A DNA stretch of 62,935 nt, the filler included, from Octopus bimaculoides (lineage: Eukaryota), in NCBI RefSeq assembly GCF_001194135.2. It is 4 parts of 4 records of this genome, joined end to end, with 100 filler letters (N's around TTAATTAATTAA, not from the genome) between each part and the next. Parts side by side here need not be neighbours in the genome. Positions count along the whole stretch, not along the records: positions 1 to 28,504 come from NC_068991.1; 3 more parts are not named here. One strand, written 5' to 3'. Both the position numbers and the translations under genes were made by a program. The notes under the pieces were generated by a model. The model was not told the origin of the DNA and made no database searches. It worked only from the letters and a program-made list of their open reading frames with translations. This document shows positions 1-14,205 of this stretch, piece after piece; within the stretch, counting starts at the first letter, position 1; each line of letters opens with the position of its first letter.

Positions 1-89
1 TATATATATATATATATGTATATATATTCTTTTATTCTTTTACTCGTTTCAGCCATGCGCTCGTGGTCATGCGAGAGCACCACTGTGGT

Positions 90-305
90 ATTTTTGGTCT
101 CCTCCCTCCGGGGTGTTTCACATCACAAGAACAGTAATGGCTTAGAACAGTTTCCTGATCGACGCCACTTAGGATTTGAGCTTCCCCAGAAAACGTCACC
201 ATTGCCTGCAACTACCCGACTTCTGTCATTAATGAACTCATGCAGCCACTTTCCCAGTTTAACAGCAACGTCAAAGTCTCGTAGCTTCTGAGTTATACCA
301 TGATA
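90..305 (-). mobile_element. Decayed non-LTR retrotransposon RT fragment (CR1/L2/Jockey-type)
   Basis: Minus strand reads HGITQKLRDFDVAVKLGKWLHEFINDRSRVVAGNG, then frameshifted ILNGVDQETVL / PLLFL. This resembles GKLGxWIxxFLxxRxQxVxxNG...SGVPQGTVLGPLLF. Confidence 0.65.
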
Positions 306-1981
306 GATATATAAATAAAAATGTATATATATGTATGATATGATATACATATATATTTATTTACGTATTTATATGCATATATCTCGCGTGTCAGACGATA
401 TAAATAGAAGTAAATTTATGTATTATATCCACACACACGCACACATACACACAAGTACACACACACATATATACACACACACGTATATATATATATATAT
501 ATATATATNNNNNNNNNNNNNNNNNNNNNNNNNNNNNNNNNNNNNNNNNNNNNNNNNNNNNNNNNNNNNNNNNNNNNNNNNNNNNNNNNNNNNNNNNNNN
601 NNNNNNNNNNNNNNNNNNNNNNNNNNNNNNNNNNNNNNNNNNNNNNNNNNNNNNNNNNNNNNNNNNNNNNNNNNNNNNNNNNNNNNNNNNNNNNNNNNNN
701 NNNNNNNNNNNNNNNNNNNNNNNNNNNNNNNNNNNNNNNNNNNNNNNNNNNNNNNNNNNNNNNNNNNNNNNNNNNNNNNNNNNNNNNNNNNNNNNNNNNN
801 NNNNNNNNNNNNNNNNNNNNNNNNNNNNNNNNNNNNNNNNNNNNNNNNNNNNNNNNNNNNNNNNNNNNNNNNNNNNNNNNNNNNNNNNNNNNNNNNNNNN
901 NNNNNNNNNNNNNNNNNNNNNNNNNNNNNNNNNNNNNNNNNNNNNNNNNNNNNNNNNNNNNNNNNNNNNNNNNNNNNNNNNNNNNNNNNNNNNNNNNNNN
1001 NNNNNNNNNNNNNNNNNNNNNNNNNNNNNNNNNNNNNNNNNNNNNNNNNNNNNNNNNNNNNNNNNNNNNNNNNNNNNNNNNNNNNNNNNNNNNNNNNNNN
1101 NNNNNNNNNNNNNNNNNNNNNNNNNNNNNNNNNNNNNNNNNNNNNNNNNNNNNNNNNNNNNNNNNNNNNNNNNNNNNNNNNNNNNNNNNNNNNNNNGTAT
1201 TTATTTATTTATGTGTATGTCTATGTGTCTATTTGAGAACCTGTGTTTGTGTGTTTTCAATCCTTGTAACTAAGTGATTAGGCAAAATGACCGATTAGGA
1301 CTAGGTTTACGAAATGGGTCCTGGGATCGAATTATTCGATTTAAAATTCTTGAAGAGGGTGATCCAGCATGGCCGCAGTCAAATAACTATAACAAATAAA
1401 TAAATAAAAGATTACGTACGTTTGAATATATTTCGGCGCATTAGAATTGCTTATAATATATATTACAGAGAATCTCAGAATCTTAAAAATTTCATAATCC
1501 CCATTCTGAAACTTTACAATTATTCTTTTGAACAAATATTTTCCTTCCATTTCCATATATTTTTTCTTATTTTTTCCGTTCATTCATCATGTGATTTATA
1601 AATCTATATGATAAATAATCCTCTGTAACTTCTTAACAATGGATTAATTATCGATATTTGAGATTTATGTCGCCAATCTACAAAGAAACTTAAAATAATC
1701 GGCAAAATTTGACAATACACAATGTTTATATTTACAATCTAGTATTCTCCGATAAGTGCCTAGTTATTTTATTCTCAGGATACTTAACAAATGCTTACAA
1801 ATAAATACATATATCAGTAGATGCAAGCATAACTACATATATCTGTGTGTGTTCGGGTGTGATCGTATGAATTTGTGTGATCGTGTCTCTTCGTATACTC
1901 ATATATATGAATACATTCATGCACATACACACATGCATATAGATATATACTTCTCTGTGTACGTATATGTGTGTGTGAGCT

Positions 1982-2014
<33 letters not shown>

Positions 2015-2063
2015 TTGTCACGTCCTCACGTTGTTGTTTTTTTGTCTTTTTCCTTTTTTGAAC

Positions 2064-2107
<44 letters not shown>

Positions 2108-2919
2108 CGTTTATGTTTCGTTCGAAAGATGTCTGATGTGAAATCTACGTTTGAAATAGATAATAGTTATACTTGAGAATGGTGATATTTTGACAATTAA
2201 ACTTTCGCAGCTTATAACTGGTCTTCACTTACCTTTAAATATAAGAATAATGATAAAACTGAAGAGAAGACAACATATATAGTGTATGAGCCTAATTGAA
2301 AATAAATATAACCATCCCCATGTATTAGAAACAAAAATATATATGTATGTATTTATATATATTTATGTATCCATGTATATGTATCCATGTATGTATCTAT
2401 GTATGAATGTATGCACAGACACACACATATATATATATGTAAGCGCATACAAGGGTGTATGGTTAAACACTGTTTTCAATCCTTTCGTTTCGGGTTCAGT
2501 GCCTAAAGCATAGCACTTTGTGCATGTGTTCTCTACCAAATTCTTGTGTGTGAATATGGTAGAAGAAAACAGCTTCGAAACCCGTTGTCTAAATTAACTT
2601 TCAAATCTTCAGAAAAATACTTTTTATTGTTTTAGAAAATAATAAAAGCAACGTAGCATACATACATATATACATACACATGAAGCTTCACCATAGAAAG
2701 ATAACAGATATAATGAGTAAGATTTTGAATCTGAGTCGAAAGGGTATTTAGAAAACTAAAGACACCAGAACGACAACGAGAAACACCAGATGACGACGAC
2801 TCAAAGACAATAATAATGGTGATGTCGGTAAAGGCAACGAGCGTGATGACGATGGTCATTGTGATCCCCGTGCACACCCTCCGACTTCTCATACTTCTCT
2901 CCCTCCTTCTCCTCCCCTT

Positions 2920-3004
2920 TTCATCATCAACATCATCATCATCATCGCCATCACAAAAACTAACATCACCACAAGCACCGACACCAACACAACGATCATC
3001 ATCC

Positions 3005-3044
<40 letters not shown>

Positions 3045-3169
3045 CATCATCGTCATCACCATCGTCATCATCGTCATCATCATCATCATCGTCGATTCAA
3101 ATATTAGGTGCAACAAAACGGCCGTTGCAAAACACCGATACTACTACTACTACTACTACTACTACTACA

Positions 3170-3204
<35 letters not shown>

Positions 3205-3235
3205 CGCTACTGCTTTTCTTGCTGCTGTAGTAGCC
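2920..3235. repeat. Compound trinucleotide microsatellite (CAT)n/(TAC)n
   Basis: Directly visible; the source of the poly-S/T/M ORFs. Confidence 0.95.
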
Positions 3236-3677
3236 GTTACATCTCCGTCGAAACTTAGTCACGCATACACATAAACACATGCTCAAAGACAAAAACATAT
3301 ACGCATTTGGTGTGTATATATATGTATATATATAGCCATACACTTACTTATGGTTATGTATATATACACACATCGATATATGTATATATATACATGTATG
3401 TATAAACACACACATATATATATATGCAGGTATATATATACATACATAAATATGTATATGCAGGTGTATTTATATACGTACATACACACATACATACATA
3501 TATTTATAATATATATATACATATACATATATTTATAATGTATATATATTCCAAATGCATACAATTATATTCAATGCTATTCGCAGCTTCACCGAGTGCT
3601 ACGTAATATAGAAGAGCACGTGACCATATACGTGGGTATGCATGTGTACTCACACGTATAGACACACACACGTATAT

Positions 3678-3726
<49 letters not shown>

Positions 3727-4156
3727 CATACAAACATACATACATACATATATGTATGTGTATATATCCACACCTTCACCTAACTTCTGGAAGCCAAGAC
3801 TAAAGTAAGAGAGCTTCCGGTATATATTGTTAGAATGCGATAATAACGCAAGGTTGATTATAACCCTATTGTTATATCTATTGAACTGTTGCAATTTTCA
3901 ATTCAATAGTATTCAGCAAGGAATGCTCGGCTAATAGATGAAGCTTTCTCTCAATGCTGCTCTCTGTACTCTAGCAACGAATGTAAACTAGATTTACAAC
4001 ACACACCATGCTATCTTTATTGTTTGCATCAATTGCCATCGTTAGATAGTTGACTGCTTGCAAATGAATCTTCATTCAGGTTAGTGTCAATAGCTCTAAA
4101 GGGTTACAGCTGCTCCTGTTTACATTTACGTACGTACGCATTTTTGTGTGAATGTG

Positions 4157-4194
<38 letters not shown>

Positions 4195-4232
4195 TGTGTG
4201 TGTGTGTGTGTTTGCGCACGTGCGCATGGGAA

Positions 4233-4273
<41 letters not shown>

Positions 4274-4755
4274 ATGTGTGTGTATGTATGCATATATGTA
4301 TATGTATATATATAAATATATATATCTTAGTGTATGGATATACATATAATATATAATAATATACATATATGCATACATACACACACTCGCACACACTTAT
4401 ATACATACATATATAAATAAATGAATAAATATATATATATATATATAAATATTTATATATATATATATATATATANNNNNNNNNNNNNNNNNNNNNNNNN
4501 NNNNNNNNNNNNNNNNNNNNNNNNNNNNNNNNNNNNNNNNNNNNNNNNNNNNNNNNNNNNNNNNNNNNNNNNNNNNNNNNNNNNNNNNNNNNNNNNNNNN
4601 NNNNNNNNNNNNNNNNNNNNNNNNNNNNNNNNNNNNNNNNNNNNNNNNNNNNNNNNNNNNNNNNNNNNNNNNNNNNNNNNNNNNNNNNNNNNNNNNNNNN
4701 NNNNNNNNNNNNNNNNNNNNNNNNNNNNNNNNNNNNNNNNNNNNNNNNNNNNNNN

Positions 4756-4791
<36 letters not shown>

Positions 4792-7154
4792 TATATATTT
4801 ATACACACACACACACACACACACATGCATATATATGTATGTATATCTATATGTATATGCATATACATAAATCAATGTTATTTTGTAAATAAAGGTGAAG
4901 ATGATTGTGCAAATACACTAAGATATCAAGGCATATACACACGCGCGCGCGCACACATGCGCTGTATGTATGTGTGTGTGTATATATATATACATACACA
5001 CACACGCACATACATTTTTTGCATGTTTAAATCAAGCAAAAAGCGTCCATAGAAAGAGGCAAAATTGCATCCTACGTTTATGTGCATATTTCTATATTTA
5101 CATGCGTAGTTACGCTGTGCTAAACTGTTGGTATTTGTATCCATATTCTGAATATATCTCCACAAGTATGTCTTGGCACATATGTATATGAATATTTGAA
5201 TACTCGTAATTGTGGTTTGGTTCCTATGGAGATGCGTAAATGGCTGAATGATTGTCAATACATAAATATATATATGTTTGTTTGTATGCATGTATTTCAC
5301 TTTTGAGGGTGTATATAGAAACCCCCTTGGCAATGAATTATTATGAACCAATTGTTCAACTGTTGCTGAGAATATATATACATATGCCACATGCATACGT
5401 GTACGCATACATACACATTTGACTATACACACTCTCACTTCTCCACAGACACATACAAACATATGCTTATGTATAATATACGTAGAGTATGTAAGTATGC
5501 AATATGGGCATTCATATGTGTGCGTGCATATGTAGAACTAGATGGTGAGAGAGTGAGAGAAGTAGGAAACGTAAAAATTGTGGAGTGGTAAAGCGATGTG
5601 ATGAGGAAATTGAGAATATAAAGTGTGAGCGTGATCGAAGGGGAGTGCAGAGGAAAGAACGAAAGACGAACATAGTTTGTGAGAAACGGAAGAGCATTTG
5701 TTCTTTCAGCTTGTTTGTATGACTACGTCAGTGAAATGGATTTCATATTGACTTGGAATCTTTTATTTGTTTCTGACATTATTTCGTGACCATGAAAATG
5801 CACCCACTTTGAAGTGAATAGTTAATTATATTAACGGATATGTGCTACTAGTATTTAATTTATTGAGTCTAGTTTGAGCTGTTTAACATCTTAATGTAAG
5901 GAGAAATACCTGTATTATGTGTCACGTTATACCGCTTTTTCTTCAATCGCCATGCCAAAATATATGGGACATTTCTTTTAATATGCAAAGACAGAGCTTC
6001 ACTTAAAAAAATATTTCTTTTAAATATATTTATTAGATTAATTGTTTCAATTCCGAGAATTAGAAAGACTCCGGATAAAATTCCTTGCCGTATTTCGTTA
6101 CCTAATCTTACTAACTTCATTCTTTGTATAATAGGTTCTGATTACCACTTACGAATTCTATTGGCCCATTTTTTGCATCCTATTTTCTAATGAAAAAAAT
6201 ATTTTAGTGTTTAAAGCTGTACCTGTCAAAATCATTTCTATAAATTTGTGCTAAACGTCCATGCTCGTTTTCCAGCATTAATTAAGCCTAGTCTCATGTT
6301 ATCAATAATACAAGGCTTTCATGAGTCTCATATTATTTTGTCGGTGGAAAAAACAGGGAATATGTATCATATATAATGAACGCATGTCAGGAAATATGTG
6401 ATACAAAGGACAGATAACGTTCTAAATTCGTATAACGGAGTAAACACGTTTCGTTCCAATGTCTACGAAATTTCTGCAAATCATGTGTCAATCACCAAAA
6501 CCATTCTTTTGGAATTTTTAGCCAATTGCCGTTATTCCAAGACCTTCTCCCTTTCCTTTTGCAATTGTTGTAAAAAAAAATCAAATTATCGACAGGTAAC
6601 AATTCCCAAATTAATATTTTCAATTTTGAATTTTATCAATAAGAATTTCGAAAAATACTTCGAACTCATTTGGTGAGAATTGATTTTATACTTTATCAGA
6701 CGTTAAATAATGTGCGGTGATTGGCAGAGGATTGCGATCAAAGATTGCGTGATTTAGTAAACATTTAAACCTTTTCCAAAACATTAGTTAGCAAGTTCTA
6801 ATTTTACTGCTTCCTATTTTACAGACAATTGTGGAATTTATATAATCTGCTCAGATATTTTATGTCCTAGAGGTTGCTCACATTTCTCATTTTGAGCAGC
6901 ACAGTTACGTAGGCATTAACAATAAAAAAAAAGAATTCTATAGATACGTCTGTTATCAAGACAAATCAAGGGTGATTAACATATAGGTTAGTCTACAAAG
7001 ATATGCGCTGACTGAGAAATATATTCGCATCATCGTAGTACCTCGTCCTTTTCTGCTTCGTTGCGAAACAGATCGGGTATACTTTTCTGCTTGCTTTTGC
7101 TACAGTAAACACAAAGAATGTGTATGCATGCATGCATGTATGTATGTGTGTATG

Positions 7155-7229
<75 letters not shown>

Positions 7230-8271
7230 GCTCACTCATGCACATGTATAAAAATACAAATATACACGCACACACACAAACACACACACACANNNNNNNN
7301 NNNNNNNNNNNNNNNNNNNNNNNNNNNNNNNNNNNNNNNNNNNNNNNNNNNNNNNNNNNNNNNNNNNNNNNNNNNNNNNNNNNNNNNNNNNNNNNNNNNN
7401 NNNNNNNNNNNNNNNNNNNNNNNNNNNNNNNNNNNNNNNNNNNNNNNNNNNNNNNNNNNNNNNNNNNNNNNNNNNNNNNNNNNNNNNNNNNNNNNNTATA
7501 TGAATACGTATATATATATATATATATAAATATATATGCTTTGATATGTGTATATGGAAGTATTAAGTATGTATGTATAGTTTGTAGGTGCACATACATA
7601 GTCACTCGGGCATCTAAATATTTCTTTAAAAAATTCCGTCTCAAACGTATTCATTTAATTTATATATTTTCCCATAAACCATAATCAATAGCAAAATACA
7701 TACACACATATATAGGTATATATATATACATATATATATGTATATGTATATGTATATAAATATATATATATAACTGCGGGCTGAACAGTCATCAGAAACA
7801 GGGAACATACACTGCTAAGAGACACACACATATATTTATATATATACTATAATTAAATGGTAAATTTAGTTTTTCGGGAAAGTTCTCATACTAAAGACAC
7901 AACGTTGTTATAATCGGCAGTGGAATTTGAAAATTAGATTAATATAGCGAACCAGGTCTCCAGGGAAGACAAGTGTTAAATTGAGCTATATATCTAGTGA
8001 AACTTCATCTTGACTGTATTAAATGGCGACCGACTCAAGGAGATTGGTTTTTATTTAACTATGTTTATTTTGACTAATGTCAATGTACTATACAGATTTA
8101 TTGTCATACGGTTTTCTATAAATATATATAGGTAGATATACACGTGTGTGTGTGCAATTGTTTGTGTGCTTGCATTGATCTACCTATCTATATATCTATC
8201 TATATATCTATCTATCTATCTTTCTTTCTATCTATCTGTATACATACATACACATACATACATACATACAT

Positions 8272-8318
<47 letters not shown>

Positions 8319-10264
8319 AGAATAAGGGCAGAGAATCGTCAATTAATAATAGAATTAATAATTAACAATTCTGCCAAGTAGTTCAGTATGAAAAAAACCT
8401 TTATCGGTAAGACTATTTATCATTATAAATATACAGGGATTAGCAATTGAGTTGCTTCTCCAACATACTGAAAATTTAGAAATAGCAGTCAAAGAACTAC
8501 TGATTCCAAACTACAAATTTTCTCTAAAGTGGATGGCGATATTTATGGCACACATAGAACAAAAAACCGGAGGGAAAAGCGTAAACAAGCCAAGCCTTTA
8601 GTTAATTGGATNNNNNNNNNNNNNNNNNNNNNNNNNNNNNNNNNNNNNNNNNNNNNNNNNNNNNNNNNNNNNNNNNNNNNNNNNNNNNNNNNNNNNNNNN
8701 NNNNNNNNNNNNNNNNNNNNNNNNNNNNNNNNNNNNNNNNNNNNNNNNNNNNNNNNNNNNNNNNNNNNNNNNNNNNNNNNNNNNNNNNNNNNNNNNNNNN
8801 NNNNNNNNNNNNNNNNNNNNNNNNNNNNNNNNNNNNNNNNNNNNNNNNNNNNNNNNNNNNNNNNNNNNNNNNNNNNNNNNNNNNNNNNNNNNNNNNNNNN
8901 NNNNNNNNNNNNNNNNNNNNNNNNNNNNNNNNNNNNNNNNNNNNNNNNNNNNNNNNNNNNNNNNNNNNNNNNNNNNNNNNNNNNNNNNNNNNNNNNNNNN
9001 NNNNNNNNNNNNNNNNNNNNNNNNNNNNNNNNNNNNNNNNNNNNNNNNNNNNNNNNNNNNNNNNNNNNNNNNNNNNNNNNNNNNNNNNNNNNNNNNNNNN
9101 NNNNNNNNNNNNNNNNNNNNNNNNNNNNNNNNNNNNNNNNNNNNNNNNNNNNNNNNNNNNNNNNNNNNNNNNNNNNNNNNNNNNNNNNNNNNNNNNNNNN
9201 NNNNNNNNNNNNNNNNNNNNNNNNNNNNNNNNNNNNNNNNNNNNNNNNNNNNNNNNNNNNNNNNNNNNNNNNNNNNNNNNNNNNNNNNNNNNNNNNNNNN
9301 NNNNNNNNNNNNNNNNNNNNNNNNNNNNNNNNNNNNNNNNNNNNNNNNNNNNNNNNNNNNNNNNNNNNNNNNNNNNNNNNNNNNNNNNNNNNNNNNNNNN
9401 NNNNNNNNNNNNNNNNNNNNNNNNNNNNNNNNNNNNNNNNNNNNNNNNNNNNNNNNNNNNNNNNNGCATGGCTGCAGTCAAATGATTGAAACAAATTAAA
9501 AAAATATAGATATGCATTCTTCATATGTGTGTTTGTCTGTTTACAATTTTACATGTGGCGTTTTTGAATGTTCTCCACTTTCTTTTGTTGGGTTCAAGTA
9601 CCAAAAGGAGTACAATGATTAATAATTATTGTAGCATATACAGCTTTTTTTTTTTTTTGTCTTCAACGTTGATTGTCCGATTCTATTTGAAAAATATATT
9701 GATCATAAACACTCGCCGTTGTTTGTAAAGACGCAGAATTTTATTTCGCCTTTTATGAAATACTATTACGTTTCGTAATATTTCGACTACCATATTTCTA
9801 TTTAAACTTGGAAACATACAGCCCATTCAGGCGAGAATAGAAGGCGACAGTCATTTCTGTGGAACAAAGTATTATGGAAGTCAGAATTTTATTTCGTATG
9901 TTACGACTGTAGTGTTTCATAACATAACACCAGTTCTTCAGCGCCAGCTTTTTAAGTAAAATTGGAAACATACAGCCTGTTCGGGTGAGGAAAGCAACAA
10001 TATTTTTTGTGGGACAAATTATTATAGACTAAATATATATTTTACATCTACTAAAGTGTGTGTGTGTGTGTTTCCTTGCTCGGGCATATTTCTTCAAAAT
10101 ATTCAGTCTTACATATACATTTAATTCCGTTTTATTTGTTCCACATTTTGCGAAAGAAGCCTCACAGTATCGCAGCATCACACTTTCGACCAGACCATAA
10201 AATGCTGTTATATAGCATTGGTCATATTGAGCTTCTACTTTTGATTGCGATATTCTTTTTCTGT

Positions 10265-10520
10265 TTTGATGACCCAACTTGCTTAACTAGACAGCCTCCC
10301 CATCGCTGTAGAGGCCTTCCAAATAGCTTATTCTAAAAGTGAACCTTGCAACATATCCGGCTCAGCGGAAATTGTACTTTCGGTATTTTGCGATCATATC
10401 GTTCTTTCTGATCCCATCTCGAAGTACCTCATTGCAAATATGCTCCTATAATGACATTCCTCGCTTGGATCTTTTACATCGCTGCATCATGTTAGGAAAT
10501 ACAGAATTAAAATATTCTAA
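10265..10520 (-). mobile_element. Decayed RTE-clade LINE, RT C-terminal fragment
   Basis: Minus strand reads EHICNEVLRDGIRKNDMIAKYRKYNFR*AGYVAR and, frameshifted, FGRPLQRWGGCLVKQVG. These match the RTE motifs NExIR...KWxWAGHVAR...GRPxxRW. Confidence 0.65.
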
Positions 10521-10948
10521 ACAGAACGACTTCGTGTTATGTTTTAGGGTGTTATGTTTTAGGTCAACTGAGAAGCAGGAATTGTAAAACATCTAGTGTG
10601 TTCAATATAACTTAAACAGAAATACACAATGCTCATGCCATGATCTTCCATATGCCATCATTTAACGGTTTATGTCATTTTAAGGATGCCCTACTCGTTG
10701 AAAACTGAGAGTTCAGTGAAACACACCCAGACAACAGATGAGAACCGATATATCTTTTGTTTCTGGAAGATATACTGGATCTGAAAGCAAAACACTGTTA
10801 AAGATAATCATCTTAAATGGCGATTTTACTAACTTATCGTCAAGTGGCATCAGGAAGATTGAAATTAAGACATCATCATATGATACACAATGATACATGG
10901 AAATTTGCACTTCGAATTTACGCAAACGAAGCGAAATATATAATAGAT

Positions 10949-11114
10949 GCACGCATGGCTCTGTGGGAGGAAGTTTGCTTCCCAACCACATGGTCACAGT
11001 TTCAGTCCCACTGCATGGCTCCTTGGGCAGTTTCTTCTAATGTCGTCGCAGACTGACCAAAGCATTGTGTGTAGATTTGGTAGACGGTCACTGAAAGAAG
11101 CCCATAGTATATAT
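10949..11114 (+). mobile_element. SINE family A (abundant tRNA-derived-like SINE), diverged 5' half
   Basis: Matches the other copies: gcttcccaaccacatgg...cagtcccactgc...ttgggca...gaccaaagc...gatttggtagacgg...ctgaaagaagccc. Confidence 0.7.
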
Positions 11115-11354
11115 NNNNNNNNNNNNNNNNNNNNNNNNNNNNNNNNNNNNNNNNNNNNNNNNNNNNNNNNNNNNNNNNNNNNNNNNNNNNNNNNNNNNNN
11201 NNNNNNNNNNNNNNNNNNNNNNNNNNNNNNNNNNNNNNNNNNNNNNNNTATTTATACCAGAATAAGCACATTAATGCGAAACATGGTGGAAAAATAGTAC
11301 TCGAATACCAAAGGTAGAGTGATATGCTTTAGTAAAAGCAGCAAAATGATCACA

Positions 11355-11400
11355 AAAACTGTTACTCAGAGTTTCACGCTCCCGTTCGTCGGACAGTTTT
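11355..11400 (-). ncRNA. Candidate minimal type I hammerhead ribozyme (U4C core variant)
   Basis: Minus strand reads AAAACUGU-CCGACGA-ACG(GGAG)CGU-GAAA-CUC(U)GAG-UA^ACAGUUUU: 8-bp stem I, 3-bp stem II, near-palindromic stem III, GUA cleavage triplet. Confidence 0.6.
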
Positions 11401-12560
11401 CTATTGTGCATTTCGAAAGTAACCTAATGTAATCATTATAGCCAACTGAAACGCTGATGATTTTCCTTATAAGATATTTAAAATGCAAAATTATATTTTT
11501 ATATATGTTTGTAATTTTCATCTTATTTGAGAAATGAAACACTTGATGGTTAATATGTTGATTAATTAATAGATTAATGTGTAATCTCTCTGTTTTCTAA
11601 CTCAATATATCCATATATATTTTTTGCTTTACAATATGTGTTGATGTTTTTACGTCTACGTAAATAAGCGTTTCAGCAAAACAAAAGAAAATTGTATAAG
11701 TACTAAACTTTAAAATAAAATTACTTTCAGTTTCCGCCCACCAAATCCACTCACAAAGCTGTGGTTAGTGCAACACAGTGGTACTGAACCTAGAACCATG
11801 TAGCTGAGAAGCAAATATACCAGAGGCGTTTATGAGCCGATAAAATAAGCGGTACTGATAAATTGGCAGTAAAACACTCAGCACTTCAACCGCTGTTTAC
11901 TATGAAGACAAGTAGAAATATTTATTGTTGATGAAGTGGTATTCGTGGTCTGTTTAAAACGAATTATGAAATAATCGATAAAAATATAAAATTTAGTATA
12001 TACAACTTGAATTCAGTCCTCAATCAGTATATAACGTATATTGATACCTATACATGCGCACAAACTAATACATGCACACAGATATATAAAACTTACCCTT
12101 TTAACCAGCAGTTATATTGAAGATAGCATGTNNNNNNNNNNTGTCAATGCATGCACAAAGGCGCGCACACACACATTTATAGATATGTACGTATGTACGT
12201 GTGTAAGAGAGAAAAGGTGTTGGCTATTAAATTTATATGGATAACTATGTACAGCCGGACCTAGAAACCGATATAAGTGCTTGTTCACGTGATTATTACT
12301 GACTGAGGTGACTCTATATATACACATCAATGATTGTATTAATATTATTTTGCAAAGTATTTTTATTTGAATTTAATTCATTTAATATACTCACAGAGCT
12401 ATTAATTTACATCGAGCTTCACAATAACATACGAACATGCGCATTAATCGAAGAGAATAAAATGTTGGAGGTCTCGTATCAACTTTAATGGCATTTTAAT
12501 GAGATTTTAATAGACGCTCAGCCGAAACATACTGATATGCATAATGTTCTATAAAGGAAG

Positions 12561-12563
<3 letters not shown>

Positions 12564-12611
<48 letters not shown>

Positions 12612-12631
12612 TTATTATTACTATTATTATT

Positions 12632-12663
<32 letters not shown>

Positions 12664-12786
12664 TATTATTATTATTATCATCATCATCATCATCATTATT
12701 ATTATTATTATTATTATCATCATCATCATCATCATCATCATCACCATCATCATCATCATTATTATTATCATTATCATCATCATCAA

Positions 12787-12850
<64 letters not shown>
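12564..12850. repeat. Compound (TAT)n/(CAT)n microsatellite
   Basis: Alternating blocks are directly visible. Confidence 0.97.
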
Positions 12851-13024
12851 GGCGTGTGTGTGTAATTTCATTGTTTTCAAATTTCAGTTGATACTGCTGT
12901 AATATTACGCTCTACAGTATGATGTATATAATTGTATAAGTTCATTCGTTCATATAGGTGTGAACGTGTGTGCATGTTTCAGTTCGTGTGTCTATATACA
13001 TACATACATACATACATACATACA

Positions 13025-13061
<37 letters not shown>

Positions 13062-13463
13062 TCACTGAGTGAGGAGAGAAAGAGAGAGTTTNNNNNNNNN
13101 NNNNNNNNNNNNNNNNNNNNNNNNNNNNNNNNNNNNNNNNNNNNNNNNNNNNNNNNNNNNNNNNNNNNNNNNNNNNNNNNNNNNNNNNNNNNNNNNNNNN
13201 NNNNNNNNNNNNNNNNNNNNNNNNNNNNNNNNNNNNNNNNNNNNNNNNNNNNNNNNNNNNNNNNNNNNNNNNNNNNNNNNNNNNNNNNNNNNNNNNNNNN
13301 NNNNNNNNNNNNNNNNNNNNNNNNNNNNNNNNNNNNNNNNNNNNNNNNNNNNNNNNNNNNNNNNNNNNNNNNNNNNNNNNNNNNNNNNNNNNNNNNNNNN
13401 NNNNNNNNNNNNNNNNNNNNNNNNNNNNNNNNNNAAGGAAGGGAAAAAGGGGCAGTTCGATCA

Positions 13464-13486
13464 TAGATAGATAGATAGATAGATAT

Positions 13487-13558
<72 letters not shown>
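13464..13558. repeat. (GATA)n microsatellite
   Basis: Directly visible. Confidence 0.97.
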
Positions 13559-13559
<1 letters not shown>

Positions 13560-13569
13560 AACTTGTAAA

Positions 13570-13900
13570 TCTGGACTTCCAGGAAGGTCTCTAGATTATC
13601 GATCATATTATAACAATGAGGCCCGCTTGCAATTTCATAGATGAAACAGTTAAAAAGCAATATCTCTGAAAGGTTGCTACTTTTGCGCAGTGGCATTAGC
13701 CTGCATGGGTCTTTCTGTGGACTGTTGAACAACCTTACTCAAGTGAGTCAAGACCATAATTCCTTATATAATTCTGTTGACATTGCTTCTGTACTCTGCA
13801 TGTTCATAATGTTAATCAGCTTTCCTGTTGTGAACATCGATCTCTTTTGAATATGACACATTGCTCTGTACAAGGCACTCCTCCATGTGATTGAATTCGA
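13570..13900 (-). mobile_element. Possible decayed CR1-like LINE 3' end
   Basis: Minus strand reads SITWRSALYRAMCHIQ...VRLFNSPQKDPCRL, weakly like GPRLFNxLPxxLR. Several stops. Confidence 0.35.
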
Positions 13901-14100
13901 AGAATGTCTCTGTGAATTTATGTGTGTATGAAGGTATTTATGTATGTATGTATGTATGTATCTATGTATATAAGCATATATGTATGAATGTATGTATGTC
14001 ATTATTTAGTCTTATTTGAAGGTCTCTTGCTAATACAAAACGAGTCAATTTCTAACCTAGATTCATGGCTCCATCATTGGAATTTCAACATCAACAGGCT

Positions 14101-14205
14101 ATGTTTGAATGTATGTATGTGTGTATGTATGTATGTATGTATGTATGTAGGTAGGTAGGTAGGTAGGTAGGTAGGTAGGTAGGTAGGTAAGTAGGTAGGT
14201 ATGTA
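14101..14205. repeat. (TATG)n grading into (TAGG)n
   Basis: Directly visible. Confidence 0.95.

Noticed and set aside
2233-2258. 26-nt minus-strand microexon (cttcag|...AAG|gtaagt)
   Set aside because: The splice signals are good, but such a short AT-rich match is expected by chance and has no other support.
7042-7099. 58-nt minus-strand candidate exon (ctgtag|...GAG|gtacta)
   Set aside because: The donor is mediocre, the peptide is unrecognisable, and nothing links it to a gene.
7780-7805. Minus-strand CTGATGA followed by a small hairpin
   Set aside because: No GAAA or stem III follows.
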